Shown piece by piece: positions 37,896 through 51,586 of a stretch of DNA of 64,000 nucleotides. Every line of letters begins with the position of its first letter. Position 1 is the first letter of the stretch. The DNA is taken from NCBI RefSeq assembly GCF_028641065.1, contig NC_073391.1:45012001-45076000 (forward strand). Reading direction: 5' to 3'. Origin of the DNA: Leucoraja erinacea (lineage: Eukaryota). The position numbers and the translations under genes are program-made. The notes beneath the pieces were generated by a model. It was not told where the DNA came from. It did no database searches and was given only the letters and a program-made list of their open reading frames with translations.

Positions 37896-38788
37896 TCATT
37901 CACGAAACATTCTTAATGGAAATGTAAACATTTTCTTTAACTCTTCCCTGAATCTTCTCTGGATTGCTGCATAAATGAAGGTGTTAGTGCAAGAGCTCAA
38001 GAGTTGAAGCATGTTTCCGGCTTCCTGGAGAATAAACTTGGGGTCATTGAAGCTTTTGAAGTTGTAGTCGTTTGTGATGCGGACGTACAGGAACTGTACA
38101 ACATACGTCATCCACAAGAGGATGAAACTTCCGGAGATAGTGAAGAGCAAAATGATGGACTTCCTTCGACTTTCCATCTCTGGGTCGCTCTGAGTCTGTC
38201 CATTGCTCTGGGCCCGGAGCCTCCTGCGGGCTCTGCTGGCCGCCAGGATGTATCTCACCGTCAGCGCGTTCAGCAGCAAAATCAGGAGGAACGGGAGACA
38301 CGGGGTGGAAATTCTATCAAACCAGTCCAGTGCTGTCCACACTGGCGAAGTGTAACGGATTTCCTTCAGCCTGCAATACCACGGAACGTTGTCGATTATA
38401 TAGATAGGCTCGTGTATAAAATACCATGGGATATTGCTCAAAAATCCCAACACACACACTGTTCCTATGACCACTGTTGCTGTTTTCTCGGTGCAATATT
38501 TTGCTTTCAGCTTCTGACAAGAAATAGCTACAAACCGATCAAAGGTGAAAGTCACCGTTAACCAGACGGAACTGACCCTGGCTGCATATGTCACCGCAAT
38601 AGTAAGACTACAGACTGGGGTGATGGATAGGAAGCTGCCCGCAAAGTAAATCCCACCGATCCTGTTGATTATGACCGCGGTGATAATGACAAGAAGATCC
38701 GTCACTGACATGGACAGCAGGTAGCGAGTGATGCATTTGGACAGACCGCATTTGTTTTGTGACAAAACCACGATCGCCGCTAAATTGG
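37896..38788 (-). CDS. GPR139-like: GPR139/142-like GPCR gene C, exon 2 (320 aa with exon 1; second subfamily)
   Basis: NLAAIVVL, YLLSMSVTDL, SVWLTVTFTFDRFVAIS, PWYC, SFILLWMT and SSCTNTFIY; acceptor TGATTTCAG at 38789. Confidence 0.92.
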
Positions 38789-38875
38789 CTGAAATCAGAG
38801 AGCGGGGGATGGAGGGAAACGAGAGAATGTGAGAGTACATGTTACATTTTCAGGGAAATACTGAACGCAAACTAA

Positions 38876-39111
38876 TGCCCCTGTCCCACTTAGGAAACCT
38901 GAACGGAAACCTCTGGAGACTTTGCGCCCCACCCAAGGTTTCCGTGCGGTTCCCGGAGGTTCCCGGAGGTTTTAGTCAGTCTCCCTACCTGCTTCCACTA
39001 CCTGCAACGTCCGGAAACCACCTGCAACCTCCGGAAACCGCACGGAAACCTTGGGTGGGGCGCAAAGTCTCCAGAGGTTTTCGTTCAGGTTTCCTAAGTG
39101 GGACAGGGGCA
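38876..39111. mobile_element. PIF/Harbinger-type MITE, TAA TSD, in the gene C intron
   Basis: TIRs as above; TAA on both sides. Confidence 0.85.
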
Positions 39112-39414
39112 TAAGTATGCGGTCTTGATTCTTTAAAGCATCGACACTGATATACTGTGCTCTCCCAAGCAGGAGTTTGAACTTTCAGTGACATTGAGCT
39201 TATTACAAGTCTGACGTCTTAAGTCTGAAGAGAGGTTCCAACACGAAACGCCACCTATTCCGTTTCTTCAGAGATGCTGCCTGTCCCGCGGTGTTACTCC
39301 AGCATTGTGTGTCTACCTTTGGTATAAATCCGCATCTGCAGTTCCGTCCTACGCTGAATAAAAGTCATGATATGCCCAAACCATTCAGGCGTTCATTACA
39401 TTATTCTCAGAATT

Positions 39415-40052
39415 TTAGCTTTCATTGCAAAAGGATTTGAGTATAGGAGCAGGGAGGTTCTACTGCAGTTGTACAGGGTCTTGGTGAGACCACACCTGGA
39501 GTATTGCGTACAGGTTTGGTCTCCAAATCTGAGGAAGGACATTATTGCCATAGAGGGAGTGCAGAGAAGGTTCACCAGACTGATTCCTGGGATGTCAGGA
39601 CTGTCTTATGAAGAAAGACTGGATAGACTTGGTTTATACTCCTTAGAATTTAGGAGATCGAGAGGGGATCTTATAGAAACTTACAACATTCTTAAGGGGT
39701 TGGACAGGCTAGATGCAGGAAGATTGTTCCCGATGTTAGGGAAGTCAAGGACAAGGGGTCACAGCTTAAGGATAAGGGGGAAATCCTTTAAAACCGAGAT
39801 GAGAAGAACTTTTTTTCACACAGAGAGTGGTGAATCTCTGGAACTCTCTGCCACAGAGGGTAGTTGAGGCCAGTTCATTGGCTATATTTAAGAGGGAGTT
39901 AGATGTGGCCCTTCTGGCTAAGGGGATCAGGGGATATGGAGAGAAGGCAGGTACGGGAAACTGAGTTGGATGATCAGCCATGATCATATTGAATGGCGGT
40001 GCAGGCTCGAAGGACCGAATGGCCTACTCCTGCACCTAATTTCTATGTTTCT
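39415..40052 (+). mobile_element. Young CR1 3' fragment in the gene C intron
   Basis: LAFIAKGFEYRSREVLLQLYRVLVRPHLEY... Confidence 0.92.
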
Positions 40053-41020
40053 AATTGATGGGACATCGTCGGCAATACACTCATTCTGGGCGAATGTTAC
40101 ATTAGAAATTAATCGTGTAACATTACTCGAAGTTAACGCAATCCTCTTCTTGGAGCGATTTACCTTCCAACGTGTCTTACATTAATTTGCTACTTAATTT
40201 GGGAGAATCATTAATTCGGGGAATGCAGTATTTCCATTCCGTCATCAAATCATCTCTAAAGTTTCTTTAGCAGCGCGTTAGGTTCAGGGGCAATATCTAT
40301 TACTAATTTAGTTCACTGCTAGAATGGACCTTGACCAAGTTTCTGCGGTTGGCTGAGTTCAGGTGCGATACTGGCAAGGATTGCTCAGCAGGGCCGATAT
40401 CACGAACATGAAACTTTTTACAGCGCACGGCTGGGTTCGCATCGAATAAAGAGATCCACAATAAACCTGGTTTCTCTATTCCGGTAGACAATTTAATTGC
40501 CTACTAGAAAATAATAACTTCATAGCTAATAGCTTCTTCCCCTGAAACATGGTTGCGTGACAAGGGACCATCAAGCCGGGCTACGAAATTTTGAATACAC
40601 CCAAAATGGTGGAAGGCCATTCAAAAAGCCGGACATCATGTATGGAGAAATTCTCCAGCCTTTTCCCAAATACCTTGGTTTCAAGTTTAACTTGATATCG
40701 CTTGTCCTATAGGAGGAGAGTTGTCTTTCTGTTTGCCCCATTTATTCGTTTCAATATGTTAACCCTTCCTTCATTATTTAAACAGAATGAACCGCTATCC
40801 AATTTTACAGAATCTGTCCTTATTAATTAGCCATCGATATACCGGCAACACTTCTGAATCTAGTATTCATTTCTTTGGAAATTGTGCTCAGGGCAGAATT
40901 AATTTTTCAGAATGAAGTTCGATCAAAGCTAATTGCAAATATAATACACTCGCCGGTCTGTGCCGAGCCATGGCTTGACTAGAACAATTACAAAAATGGA
41001 AATCGGACTGCAACCCTTAC

Positions 41021-41090
41021 CTGGAACAGCGATAACTGCAAGTGCCGTATAGTAAATGGCATACGGCAATCCTGTGGGCGGGGCGTGCAT
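41021..41090 (-). CDS. GPR139-like: GPCR gene C exon 1 (MHAPPTGLPYAIYYTALAVIAVP)
   Basis: 70 nt; G|GTAAGG donor; in frame with exon 2. Confidence 0.88.
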
Positions 41091-41576
41091 GTTCTCTGTA
41101 CAGTTGACACGTTTGACCAAGATTCCACGCACAAACCTCGCCTTTCATTGTTTATGGACTCCCTTATTATACTTGTTGCCACGCCAATGGAGACCAATAC
41201 GTCTCATTACAAACAGAGTTAGTTCCAGTCACCGAACAAACAATTCAGGTTGCATCATATAGTAGATTCAGGTAAGAAATTCGTGCTGAAAATGACACTT
41301 TAATTGGGGAAGCGGGTATTACAGAATTACACACCAAAATCCTTTGTCTGTCATTCATTGAAGCATGAGTCCAATCATCATTGCCCAGTCCGATGTTAGT
41401 ACCACTCCAATCCCACCTCGCTTCCATTGACTGCAAACTGCCCTTTAATCACGTTGAAAAGTGCAAGAATAAGATTAGTCTACCGCGTACATTGGAGTCG
41501 AATGGGATAAAAGCCAAGATAAACCATTCTAGTCAACTCTACATTTTAGTTTTAGAGAAGGATATCTAGATATTGG

Positions 41577-41760
41577 TGTTTAACAAGGAACTGCAGATGC
41601 TGGAAAATGGAAGGTACCCAAAAAAGCTGGAGAAACTCAGCGGGTGCAGCAGCATCTATGGAGCGAAGGAAATAGGCAACGTTTCGTGCCGAAACGTTGC
41701 CTATTTCCTTCGCTCCATAGATGCTGCTGCACCCGCTGAGTTTCTCCAGCCTTTTTTGTG
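41577..41760. mobile_element. Penelope-derived fold-back element with 14-bp TSD
   Basis: TATCTAGATATTGG at 41563-41576 and 41761-41774; inverted arms centred on GTTTCGTGCCGAAAC. Confidence 0.75.
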
Positions 41761-44700
41761 TATCTAGATATTGGGCCAGACATTGCGTCACCTGTCTCAC
41801 GATCGATACAACACATACCCCAGAATCCAGATGAACTGAATGGAACATATCGATAGTGTCTGACCCTTCCATAAATAGGGCCGGTTTTGAATGTCCAGTT
41901 GTAATTTAGTTTAGCTTATTATAGAGATACAGCGCGGATACAACCCTCTAGGCCCACCGCGTCCGCGCTGACCAGCGACCACCCGTTTATTGTAGACAGA
42001 GAGAGACAGGGAGAGAGACAGAGAGCGGGGCGGAGAGAGAGAGACGATGAGACATTGGGATAGGGGGACAGAGACAGAGAGGCAGAGCATAGAGCAGAAG
42101 GAGAGAGGGGAGTTTCGTTTAGTTTTAGAAATACAGCTCGGAAACAGGCCCTTTGGCCCACTTATTGTGGTTAACCCAGATGTGGAACTGATGTCCTAGG
42201 AAGTCATCTTTGGTTGTGGGCCGGCTGGGTACTTGCGGGGAGAAGCTTCTGTGAATCCGCAGTCTGTCGCAAGCTGATCGTCTTACATCTCATGGCTTAT
42301 TGACAAAACAATACGCCCGCCAACTTCCAATGTACAACCCTCCGACAGCTAATGAGTCAGTGACTAGTTATATAGAACATAGAACATAGAATGTACAACG
42401 CGCAGCACGGAAAGAAGTGATGTACGTTGTACAGTGTCAAAGGTTCAAAGATCAGTTTATCATATGTACCGATTAAGGTGCAGTGAAACTCCAATTACCA
42501 CACAGCCATACTAAAAAAAAGCAACAATTCAGGAACCGCGAGCTCCGCGATGATAAGTCCGCAGCTCCCTCGGTTGGAACTGCCGAAGTCGATCTCCATC
42601 AAAGGTCGCCAGCTCCGCGATGTTAGGCCGCAGTGCGGAAAAAGATACGATACGGAAAAAAATCGCATCTCCGTCAAGGTGAGGGATTAAAATAAGTTTC
42701 CAACTCTTAGCTACCTGCCCATAATCCACATCCTTCCAATCCCGGTCGACCTACCTGCTCATCCAAAACTGTGATAGAAACATAGAAACAAATACAAATA
42801 GCTGCAGAAGTAGGCCATACGGCCCTTCGAGCCAGCACCGCCATTCCATATGATTATGGCAGAACATCCAAAATCAGTACCCGTTCCTGCTTTCCCCCCA
42901 AATCCCCTGCTTCCTTTGTCCTAAGAGCTAAATCTCTCTCTCTCTCTTAAAAACATACAGTGAATTGTCCTCCACTGCCTTCTGTTTCAGAGAATTCCAC
43001 AGCCTCACAACTTTCTCGGTGAAAAGTATTTCCTCATCTCAGTCCTAAATGGCCCACCCCTTATTCTTAAACTGTGACCCCTGGTTCTGGACTCCCCCAA
43101 CATCGGAAACAGTTTTCCTGCATCTCGCCTGTCCGATCCCCTAAGATTGTTACATGTTTCTATAATTTATCCTCCCTTCCTTCTGAATACCAGTGAATAC
43201 CAGCCTAGTCGACCCTTCTTTCATCATATGTCAGTCCCGCCATCCGGGAATTAACCTGGTGAACCTACGCTGCACTCCCTCAATGGCAATAATTAGGAGA
43301 CCAAAATTGCACACAATATTTCACTCCAGATGTGGACCTCCTTGCTCCACAATTCAAATCCCCTCGCATTGAAGGCCAATGTGCCATTAGCTTTCCCCGC
43401 TTCCAGCAGAACCTTCATGCTTACTTTCAGTGACTGGTGTACAAGCACACCCGGTCTCATTGCACCTCCCCTTTTCCTAATCTGGCACCATTCAGATATT
43501 CCTTAGTGAAGACAGAACCAAAGCAGTTATTCAATTGGTCTGCCATGTCTTTGTTCCCCATGATCAACTCACCTGTTTCTGACTGCAAATGACCTACATT
43601 TGTTTTAATTAATCTTTTTCTCTTCACATATCTATAAAAACGTTTGCAGTCAGTTTTTATGTTCCCTGCCAGTTTTCTTTCATAATCTATTTTCCCCATT
43701 CCTAATTAAGCCCTTTGTCCTCCTCTGCTGGACTCTGAATTTCTCCCAGTCCTCTGCTAGGCTGCTTTTTTCTGGCTAATTTGTATGCTTCATCTTTTCT
43801 TTTGATACCATCCCTGATTTCCCTTGTTATCCACGGATGCACTACCTTCCCTGATTTATTATTTTGCCAAACTGGGATAAACAATTGCTGTAGTTCATCC
43901 GTGCAGTCTTTAAATGCCTTCCATTGCATATCCACCTCCTCCATCGACTCCTTTAAGTCAAGACTAAAAACTTATCTATACTCCCAAGCCTTTCCTGAAC
44001 GAGGGCTATATGTATAAATGTATTTAGTTTGTTTGTTTATACAATTCTTATAACAAATGTAAAGCACCTTGGCCAACGAGAGTTGGTTGTTAAATGTGGT
44101 ATATAAATAAATGTGACGACTTGACTTGACTTGACTTGACTAAACTATTAATTCTTCAATGTGNNNNNNNNNNNNNNNNNNNNNNNNNNNNNNNNNNNNN
44201 NNNNNNNNNNNNNNNNNNNNNNNNNNNNNNNNNNNNNNNNNNNNNNNNNNNNNNNNNNNNNNNNNNNNNNNNNNNNNNNNNNNNNNNNNNNNNNNNNNNN
44301 NNNNNNNNNNNNNNCATATAACAATTACAGCACGGAAACAGGCCATCTCGACCCTTCTAGTCCGTGCCGAACACATAATCTCCCCTAGTCCCATATACCT
44401 GCGCTCAGACCATAACCCTCCATTCCCTTCCCATCCATATAACTATCCAATTTTTTTTTTAATGATAAAAACGAACCTGCCTCCACCACATTCACTGGAA
44501 GCTCATTCCACACAGCTACCACTCTCTGAGTAAAGAAGTTCCCCCTCATGTTACCCCTAAACTTCAGTCCCTTCATTCTCAAGTCATGTCCCCTTGTTTG
44601 AATCTTCGCTACTCTCAGTGGGAAAAGCTTTTCCACGTCAACTCTGTCTATCCCTCTCATCATTTAAAAAACCTCTATCAAGTCCCCCTTAACCTTCTGC

Positions 44701-44924
44701 GCTCCAAAGAATAAAGCCCTAACTTGTTCAACCTTTCTCTGTAACTNNNNNNNNNNNNNNNNNNNNNNNNNNNNNNNNNNNNNNNNNNNNNNNNNNNNNN
44801 NNNNNNNNNNNNNNNNNNNNNNNNNNNNNNNNNNNNNNNNNNNNNNNNNNNNNNNNNNNNNNNNNNNNNNNNNNNNNNNNNNNNNNNNNNNNNNNNNNNN
44901 NNNNNNNNNNNNNNNNNNNNNNNN

Positions 44925-45132
44925 TCTTAGAGCAGCTTGTACTGGAGCCTAGCAGGCAGCAAGCAATTCTGGATTTAGTGTTGTGTAATGAACCGGATTT
45001 GATAAAGGAACTTGAGGTTAATGAGCCATTCGGTGGCCATAATATGGTAAATTTTAATCCACAATTTGAGAGGGAGAAGGGTAAATCGGAGGTGTCAGTT
45101 TTACAGGTGAACAAAGGGGACTATGGAACCAT

Positions 45133-45166
<34 letters not shown>

Positions 45167-47325
45167 GCTTGCCAAAATTGACTGGAAAGATAATCTTGCA
45201 TGGATGACAGTGGAATAACAATGGCGGGTATTTCTGGGAATAATACAGTTGCAGGATCAGTTCATTCCAAAGAAGAAGAAAGATTCCAAGGGGAGTAAGG
45301 GGCGACCGTGGCTGACAATGGAAGTCCGGGACAGTATAAAAATAAAGGACAAGAAGTACAACATAGCAAAGATGAGCGGGTAGCCATAGGATTGGGTGAC
45401 GTTTAAAGAGCAACAGAAGATAACTAAAAATGCAATACGGGGAGAAAAGATGAGGTACGAAGATAAACTAGCCAAGAATATAAAGGAAGATACTAAAAGC
45501 TTCTTTAGATATGTGAAGAGGAAAACATTAGTTAAGATCAAAGTTGGATCCTTGAAGACTGAAAAGGGTGAATTTATTATGGGGAACAAGGAAATGGCAG
45601 ATGAGTTGAACAGGTACTTTGGATCCGTCTTAACTAAGGAGGACACAAACAATCTTCCTGATGTACTAGTGGCCATATGATCTTGGGTGATGGAGGAACT
45701 GAAGGAAATCAACATTACGCAGGAATTAGTGTTGGGCAGACTGATGGGACTGAAGGCTGATAAATCCATATGGCCTGATGGTCTGCATCCCACGGCACCT
45801 AAGAAAGTGGTTCTTGAAATCGTGGACGCATTGGTGATCATTTCCCAATGATTGGTGATCATTTTCCAATAGATTTAGGATCAGTCCTGTGGATTGGAGG
45901 GCAGTTCATGTTATCCCACTTTTTAAGAAAGGCGGGAGAGAGAAAACAGGGAATTATAGACCAGTTGGCCTGACGTCGGTGAGTGGTGGGGAGGATGCTG
46001 GAGTCAATCATAAAGGATGAAATAGCGGCACATTTGGATAGCATTAGCAGAATCGGTCCGAGTCAGCATGGATTTATCAAGGGGAAATCATGTTTGACTC
46101 ATCTTCTGGAATTTTTTGAGGATGTATGGACAAGGGAGAACCAATGGATGTAGTGTACCTGGACTTTCAGAAAGCAATTGATCAGGTCCCATATAGGAGA
46201 TTAGTGGGCAAGATTAGGACACATGGTATTGGGGGTAGGGTTGCGGACCTGGACAAAGAGTAGGGATTAACGGGTCCCTTTCAGAATGGCAGGCAGTGAC
46301 TAGTGAATTACCTCAATTACTAGTGAATTACCGGTGCTGGGACCGCAACTATTTACAATATACATAAATGATTTAGATGGAGGGATTCAAAGTAACCTTA
46401 GCAAATTTGCAGATGACACAAAGCTGGGTGGCAGTGTGAACTATGAGGAGGATACTATGAGAATGCATGATGACTTGGATAGGTTGGATGAGTGGGCAGT
46501 TGAATGGCAGATGCAGTTTAATGTGGGTAAATGTCTGGTTATCAACTTTGGTAGCAAAAACTGGAAGGCAGATTATTATCTAAATGGTATCAAGTTGGGA
46601 AAAGGGAAAGTACAAAGGGGTCCTTGTTCATCAGTCAATGAAAGTAAGCATGCAGGTACCGCAGGCAGCGAAGAAAGCGAATGGCATGTTGGCCTTCATA
46701 ACAAAAGGTATAGGAGCAAAGAGGTCACTTCTGCAGTTGTACAGGGCCCTAGTGAGACCACACCTGGTGTATTGTGTGCAGTTTTGGTCTCCAAATTTGA
46801 GGAAGGACATTCTTGCTATTGAGGGAGTGCAGCGTAGGTTTACAAGGTTAATTCCCGAGATGGCGGGACTGTCATATGCTGAGAGAATGGAGCGGCTGGG
46901 CTTGTATACTCTGAAATGTAGAAGGATGGGGGGGCATCTTATTGAAACATATAAGATTATTAAGGGTTTGGACACGCTAGAGGCAGGAAGCATGTTCCCG
47001 ATGTTGGGGGAGTCCAGGACCAGGGGACAACATTTATGAATAAGGGGTAAGCCATTTGGAACGGATGCGAGGAAACACTTTTTCTCACAGAGAGTTGTGA
47101 GGCTGTGGATTTTTTTCCCTCAGAAAAGAGTGGAGGCCGGTTCTCTGGATACTTTCAAGAGAGAGCTAGATAGGGCTCTTAATGTTAGCGGGGTCAGGGG
47201 ATATGAGGAGAAGGCAGGAACGGGGTACTGATTGTGGATGATCAGCCATAATCACTTTGAATACCGGCACTGGCTCGAAGGGCCGAATTACCTACTCCTG
47301 CACCTATTGTCTATCGTCTATTGTC
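44925..47325 (+). mobile_element. Long degenerate CR1 LINE (endonuclease end, RT and 3' UTR)
   Basis: KSFFRYV, LGPQLFTIYINDL, KFADDTKL, RPHLVYCVQFW and a (CTATTGT)n tail; many frameshifts. Confidence 0.92.
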
Positions 47326-48673
47326 AACATGAGTAGCCTCGCAATTTATTTACACTTTTTACATTTCCTATCCAGGGAACTATTTACTCTAAATCTTACA
47401 TAGATATATACGTTGCTGAGACGGGGGGGGGGGGGGAGTCAACCTGACTGAAACAGAAAACAATATGAGCGCCTTTGCCCAGGGTGAAAATGTCAAACGT
47501 CAGACGGCATAGGTTTATCGTTAGATGGGTTACGTTTAAAGGAGATTTATGAGGCAACTTGATTTACACTGAGCATATTAGGTGCCTGGAACGGGCTGCA
47601 CGGTGCTAATGGATGCAGATACGGTAGTGATATTTACGAGGCATTTCGACAGGAATGTGAACAAGAGTGCTGTAAATCATGTATAACTAAGATTAGTTCA
47701 AATTGGAACCATGGGCGGCACAGACTTAGTGGGTCGAAAGCGCTGTTACGGTGCTCTGATGTTCCATGTTCCTTGTTCTAACATTACAAGTGGCGGGTGA
47801 GGGAACGTCTGAAGCACAGAATTTGGTCATCGGGTTATAGTATTGTGCATTGAGTGCTGAATAAAGTTCATCATTTCTATTTCCTAACCTTCAGGTTTTC
47901 CTGCCATGGAGACCTTTTGTTTTGGTGTGTTTGACGAGGATTCTCCTCGAGCCAAGGTTAGTTAAATTGATGGGCAATGGGGATTGTTCACCGATACATC
48001 GCCTTCATCTTTACATTTTGACTATATCTCGGTACACGTGACAATGTTAAATTTAGCAACAACATCAATTTCCTAACAATAGGAATTTAGCCAGTAGAGA
48101 AATTGAATACGAAAACTCAGCGACAACGCTAGGTTTGAGCTTAAAGACTGTATTCTCAGTAGTTCTCTCGACCCCTTTCTTTGCTGGCTAAATTAATGTT
48201 GTTATCGATTGGATAACGCCCACATTTGTTCTTACTTTACTGTATCGATTAAAATATGATTTGGTAAATATCTCTGAAGGCTCATTGAAAGTTGGGAGAA
48301 ATCATCGTTTCACACGAAAGCATTTGCATGCCGACGACGAGGAACATTGGCGATGCAAATCAGTAAATATTAACGCAAAATGATGACTGAAAATAATTGC
48401 ACGATTGTTGACGCGCATTGAATATATTTATCATGTTCGTATTCCATACCCATTCGCACAAATAAAAATAAAAACTCCACGGGAAACGAAATCCCAATTA
48501 GTTACTGAGCAGTGGTTGATGAAATTGCTGATAAATTGCATCGAGACTATTCTGGTCCATAAGGGATCGTTGTCTCCAAGGTGATTTTTGGAATAAAATT
48601 CGACCGCGCACAAAATAAAAGAATGGACAACAATGCCAAATCTATTTGTTCAAGAAACTGAACAACATAGTTG

Positions 48674-48722
48674 CCTAATTGCCTCTCTGTGGATTCCGTA
48701 TGCCTATAACTAACTGAGAGGT
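48674..48722 (+). promoter_or_regulatory. Conserved proximal promoter block of subfamily I GPCR genes
   Basis: CCTAATTG..TCTCTGTGGATTCC..AACTGAGAGGT is shared with the gene A upstream region (23810-23854, - strand). Confidence 0.5.
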
Positions 48723-48780
48723 TTGGCTGAGCTATCGCGAAGAGACTGCGTGACCGAATATCAGCAGCGAAACTGGAAAA

Positions 48781-48850
48781 ATGCACGGCAGAATAAGTGG
48801 TCCCGTTTATGCCATTTACTACCCGCTTCTTGCAGCTATTGGAGTTCCGG
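48781..48850 (+). CDS. GPR139-like: GPCR gene D exon 1 (MHGRISGPVYAIYYPLLAAIGVP)
   Basis: 70 nt; G|GTAAGA donor. Confidence 0.88.
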
Positions 48851-51586
48851 GTAAGACGTTGTACGAAATATCTAATGGTTTTTAATGACATATTGTTGAT
48901 AGTAACTAACCTTACAGCTTTTTGGTCTTTCGCAAAATGTTTCAATAATTGAGTTTACATTTTTGCCAGTATTAGAGGGCATCCATTAGAAATTAAGCGA
49001 TGGCGGCAATAAAATACGAACGGTGGTCAATATTTTTAACAAACAATTAAATTGCATTGAATCATCTCCCGTTGCCTTTGTTTTTAAGAGTAAAAAAAAC
49101 AGGGTGTATTATGAGTTTGGAGAGATATTACTGACAGAAAGTATGAATAAACATATTTGACATCAACCAACGTTCGTTTGCAGAAACTTACAGTATTTAC
49201 AGTCACAACAACCATCACTGCTTGGTAACTTCCTGAAAAATCTCGAGGCTTAAGTCTACTCCTGCTCGTGGACGATTTAAATCAAACAATACGGTGGGAT
49301 AGATTATTACTTTGTGGGTTATTTCTGTTAAAGTTAGTAACATCGGCTACACTGCACCTGATACCACTCCAGATTTTCATTGCATTGATCTCAATTGGCA
49401 TGCAAGTTGAGGAGATCTAAGTTACTCGCGGAGTCGCTAATGTGCATTTAACGGACAGCTCCGTTGTTACAAGCAACGAGCAATGCACTTGACTCAAGCG
49501 GGTATAAACTAATTCTGAATAGCGGAGCAATTCAACACACAACCAGGTCCTCGACAGGAGCGTGCGCGGTAATGCTATTCTTTGCCATGTTGCACGTCTT
49601 GTGCATGTTTTCAGCCGCTCATGTTATCCGGTGTCTTTCCGGAGTTCACCTTCCTGAGATCCCCGTTATTCGGCGAAGTTCGGAAAGTAATGCATAAATG
49701 GCTTGAGAATGTTATTAAAGTGTTTCCTAACCGACTGATCTTCTCCTACTCTGATGGTCGTCGGACGGTTTCGGTGTCTGATATGTGGCATGCAAATAAT
49801 GCGGGTAAAAAGACACAAATTGCTGCAGTGACTCAGCGGGTCTGGCAGCATTTCTAGAGGACATAAATTGTTGACATTTCGGGTCGGATGACGGGTCCCG
49901 ACCCGAAGGGATGCTGTCTGACCGCCGATTTACTCTAGCAGTTTTATGCAAATGATTGTACGAGCTCAGCAGAGAAATGGTCAAACTACGCCTGGTTATG
50001 TCGAACTGACGAGCGTTCATTTATTTCACGTGTTTCCGGGATTTCACAGAGATGGCATTGGTCGTGCCTCCAGTTACCTGCTCTAGTTCTTTGAAGCATA
50101 CATCGATGTCCAACTTCACTGAGATGTCCTTATTATATGGAAAATATAAATCAAAATCATTTTGTATATCTTTATTGCAGTCTGATAAAAAATATGCAGT
50201 AGGGGCGGGTTCTGGAGAAATTTTAGAAATTCGTCCTTCAAACCTCTTCTTCTTCGCTCCCGTGTCTACAATGACAATAATTTTGGAGCTCGACTTCTGA
50301 TGGGAAGGAAATTGTATCGGTGTGCAGCACGTTACCGCGCCCTGGTGAATTAGGTTGGAGAATATTTACGCTTTGACATTCGTCAAGTTATCAAGATTTT
50401 AATGCGGTTCTTGTGTGCTTCCTTAGATATTGCAGTGAGAAAGATTGATAAGAGGGTATTAGCATCCAAAGGGAGCGGCCGTGTGGGACGAAAATTCCCC
50501 CTGCCTCTTCAAAGAATGGAAATGTTTAGAGGGATATTTAATAAATACCATTTGTATGACATGATTTATGAATAACTTGTATTATTGTGTTTCTGTTATC
50601 CTGGCTCTTTATTTTAATATTGGCATGCTCTTCTGGTATATACCATTAATGTTCGCTTTTATAAATTAATTGCTTAAAGTATGTTTAAANNNNNNNNNNN
50701 NNNNNNNNNNNNNNNNNNNNNNNNNNNNNNNNNNNNNNNNNNNNNNNNNNNNNNNNNNNNNNNNNNNNNNNNNNNNNNNNNNNNNNNNNNNNNNNNNNNN
50801 NNNNNNNNNNNNNNNNNNNNNNNNNNNNNNNNNNNNNNNNNNNNNNNNNNNNNNNNNNNNNNNNNNNNNNNNNNNNNNNNNNNNNNNNNNNNNNNNNNNN
50901 NNCGCAAACATGTGTATCCCGGTCCCACGGAACTGTATACTTTGCAAGTGCGGAAGGCAACTCTATTTGCATTTTTATGTACGTTATTTTTTGTGTCAAC
51001 GTGACAGCAAACTGCCGACATTCATGACGTGAACCTAACGGTACTTCAGAGGCCAAGTCACTGGATGGATTTAACAGAGAGTTCGATAGAGCTCCAGGGG
51101 CTAGTGGAGTCAATGGATATGGGGAGAAGGCAGACACGGGTTATTGATAGGGGACGATCGGCCTTGATCACAATGAATGGCGGTGCTTGTTTGAAGGGCC
51201 GAATGGCCTCCTGCTGCACCTATTTTCTATGTGTCTATGTTTCCATGTTTCTTATGTTAGAGAAAACGCGCAACTCCGTTTTTTATGACTATTGCCTTAA
51301 GGAATCACAGAGAATGAATCGTGTGTTTATTTCTCGCCACTAACGCAGCGCAGATTTTCCATACTCTTTTCAAATTCATATTTGTACATGTTCCTATTTT
51401 TATTGCTTACAACTGAAGATTACACGTGGAGGTGAACTGGTAAAATACAAATTGTTCGTTTGGTGCCTTCGTCCATAAATGATGGTTCGCCAGGATTAAA
51501 ATATTCCATCGTGGAATCGCGTCACGTGGCACTTGGTGGGGATTTCATAACACGTTTGTTAATTTCAATTCTCTTCTCTCTCACAG

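Larger units (their letters stand above)
30129..43991 (+). repeat. Segmental tandem duplication, copy 2
   Basis: Starts CTGGATGGATTT like 20281 and ends ..TATACTCCCAAGCCT like 30130. Confidence 0.88.

Noticed and set aside
51460-51586. ORF-track N-terminal extensions of GPCR D (and of C at 38789-38840)
   Set aside because: They are intronic read-through upstream of the splice acceptors; the conserved 70-nt exon 1 supplies the true N-terminus.
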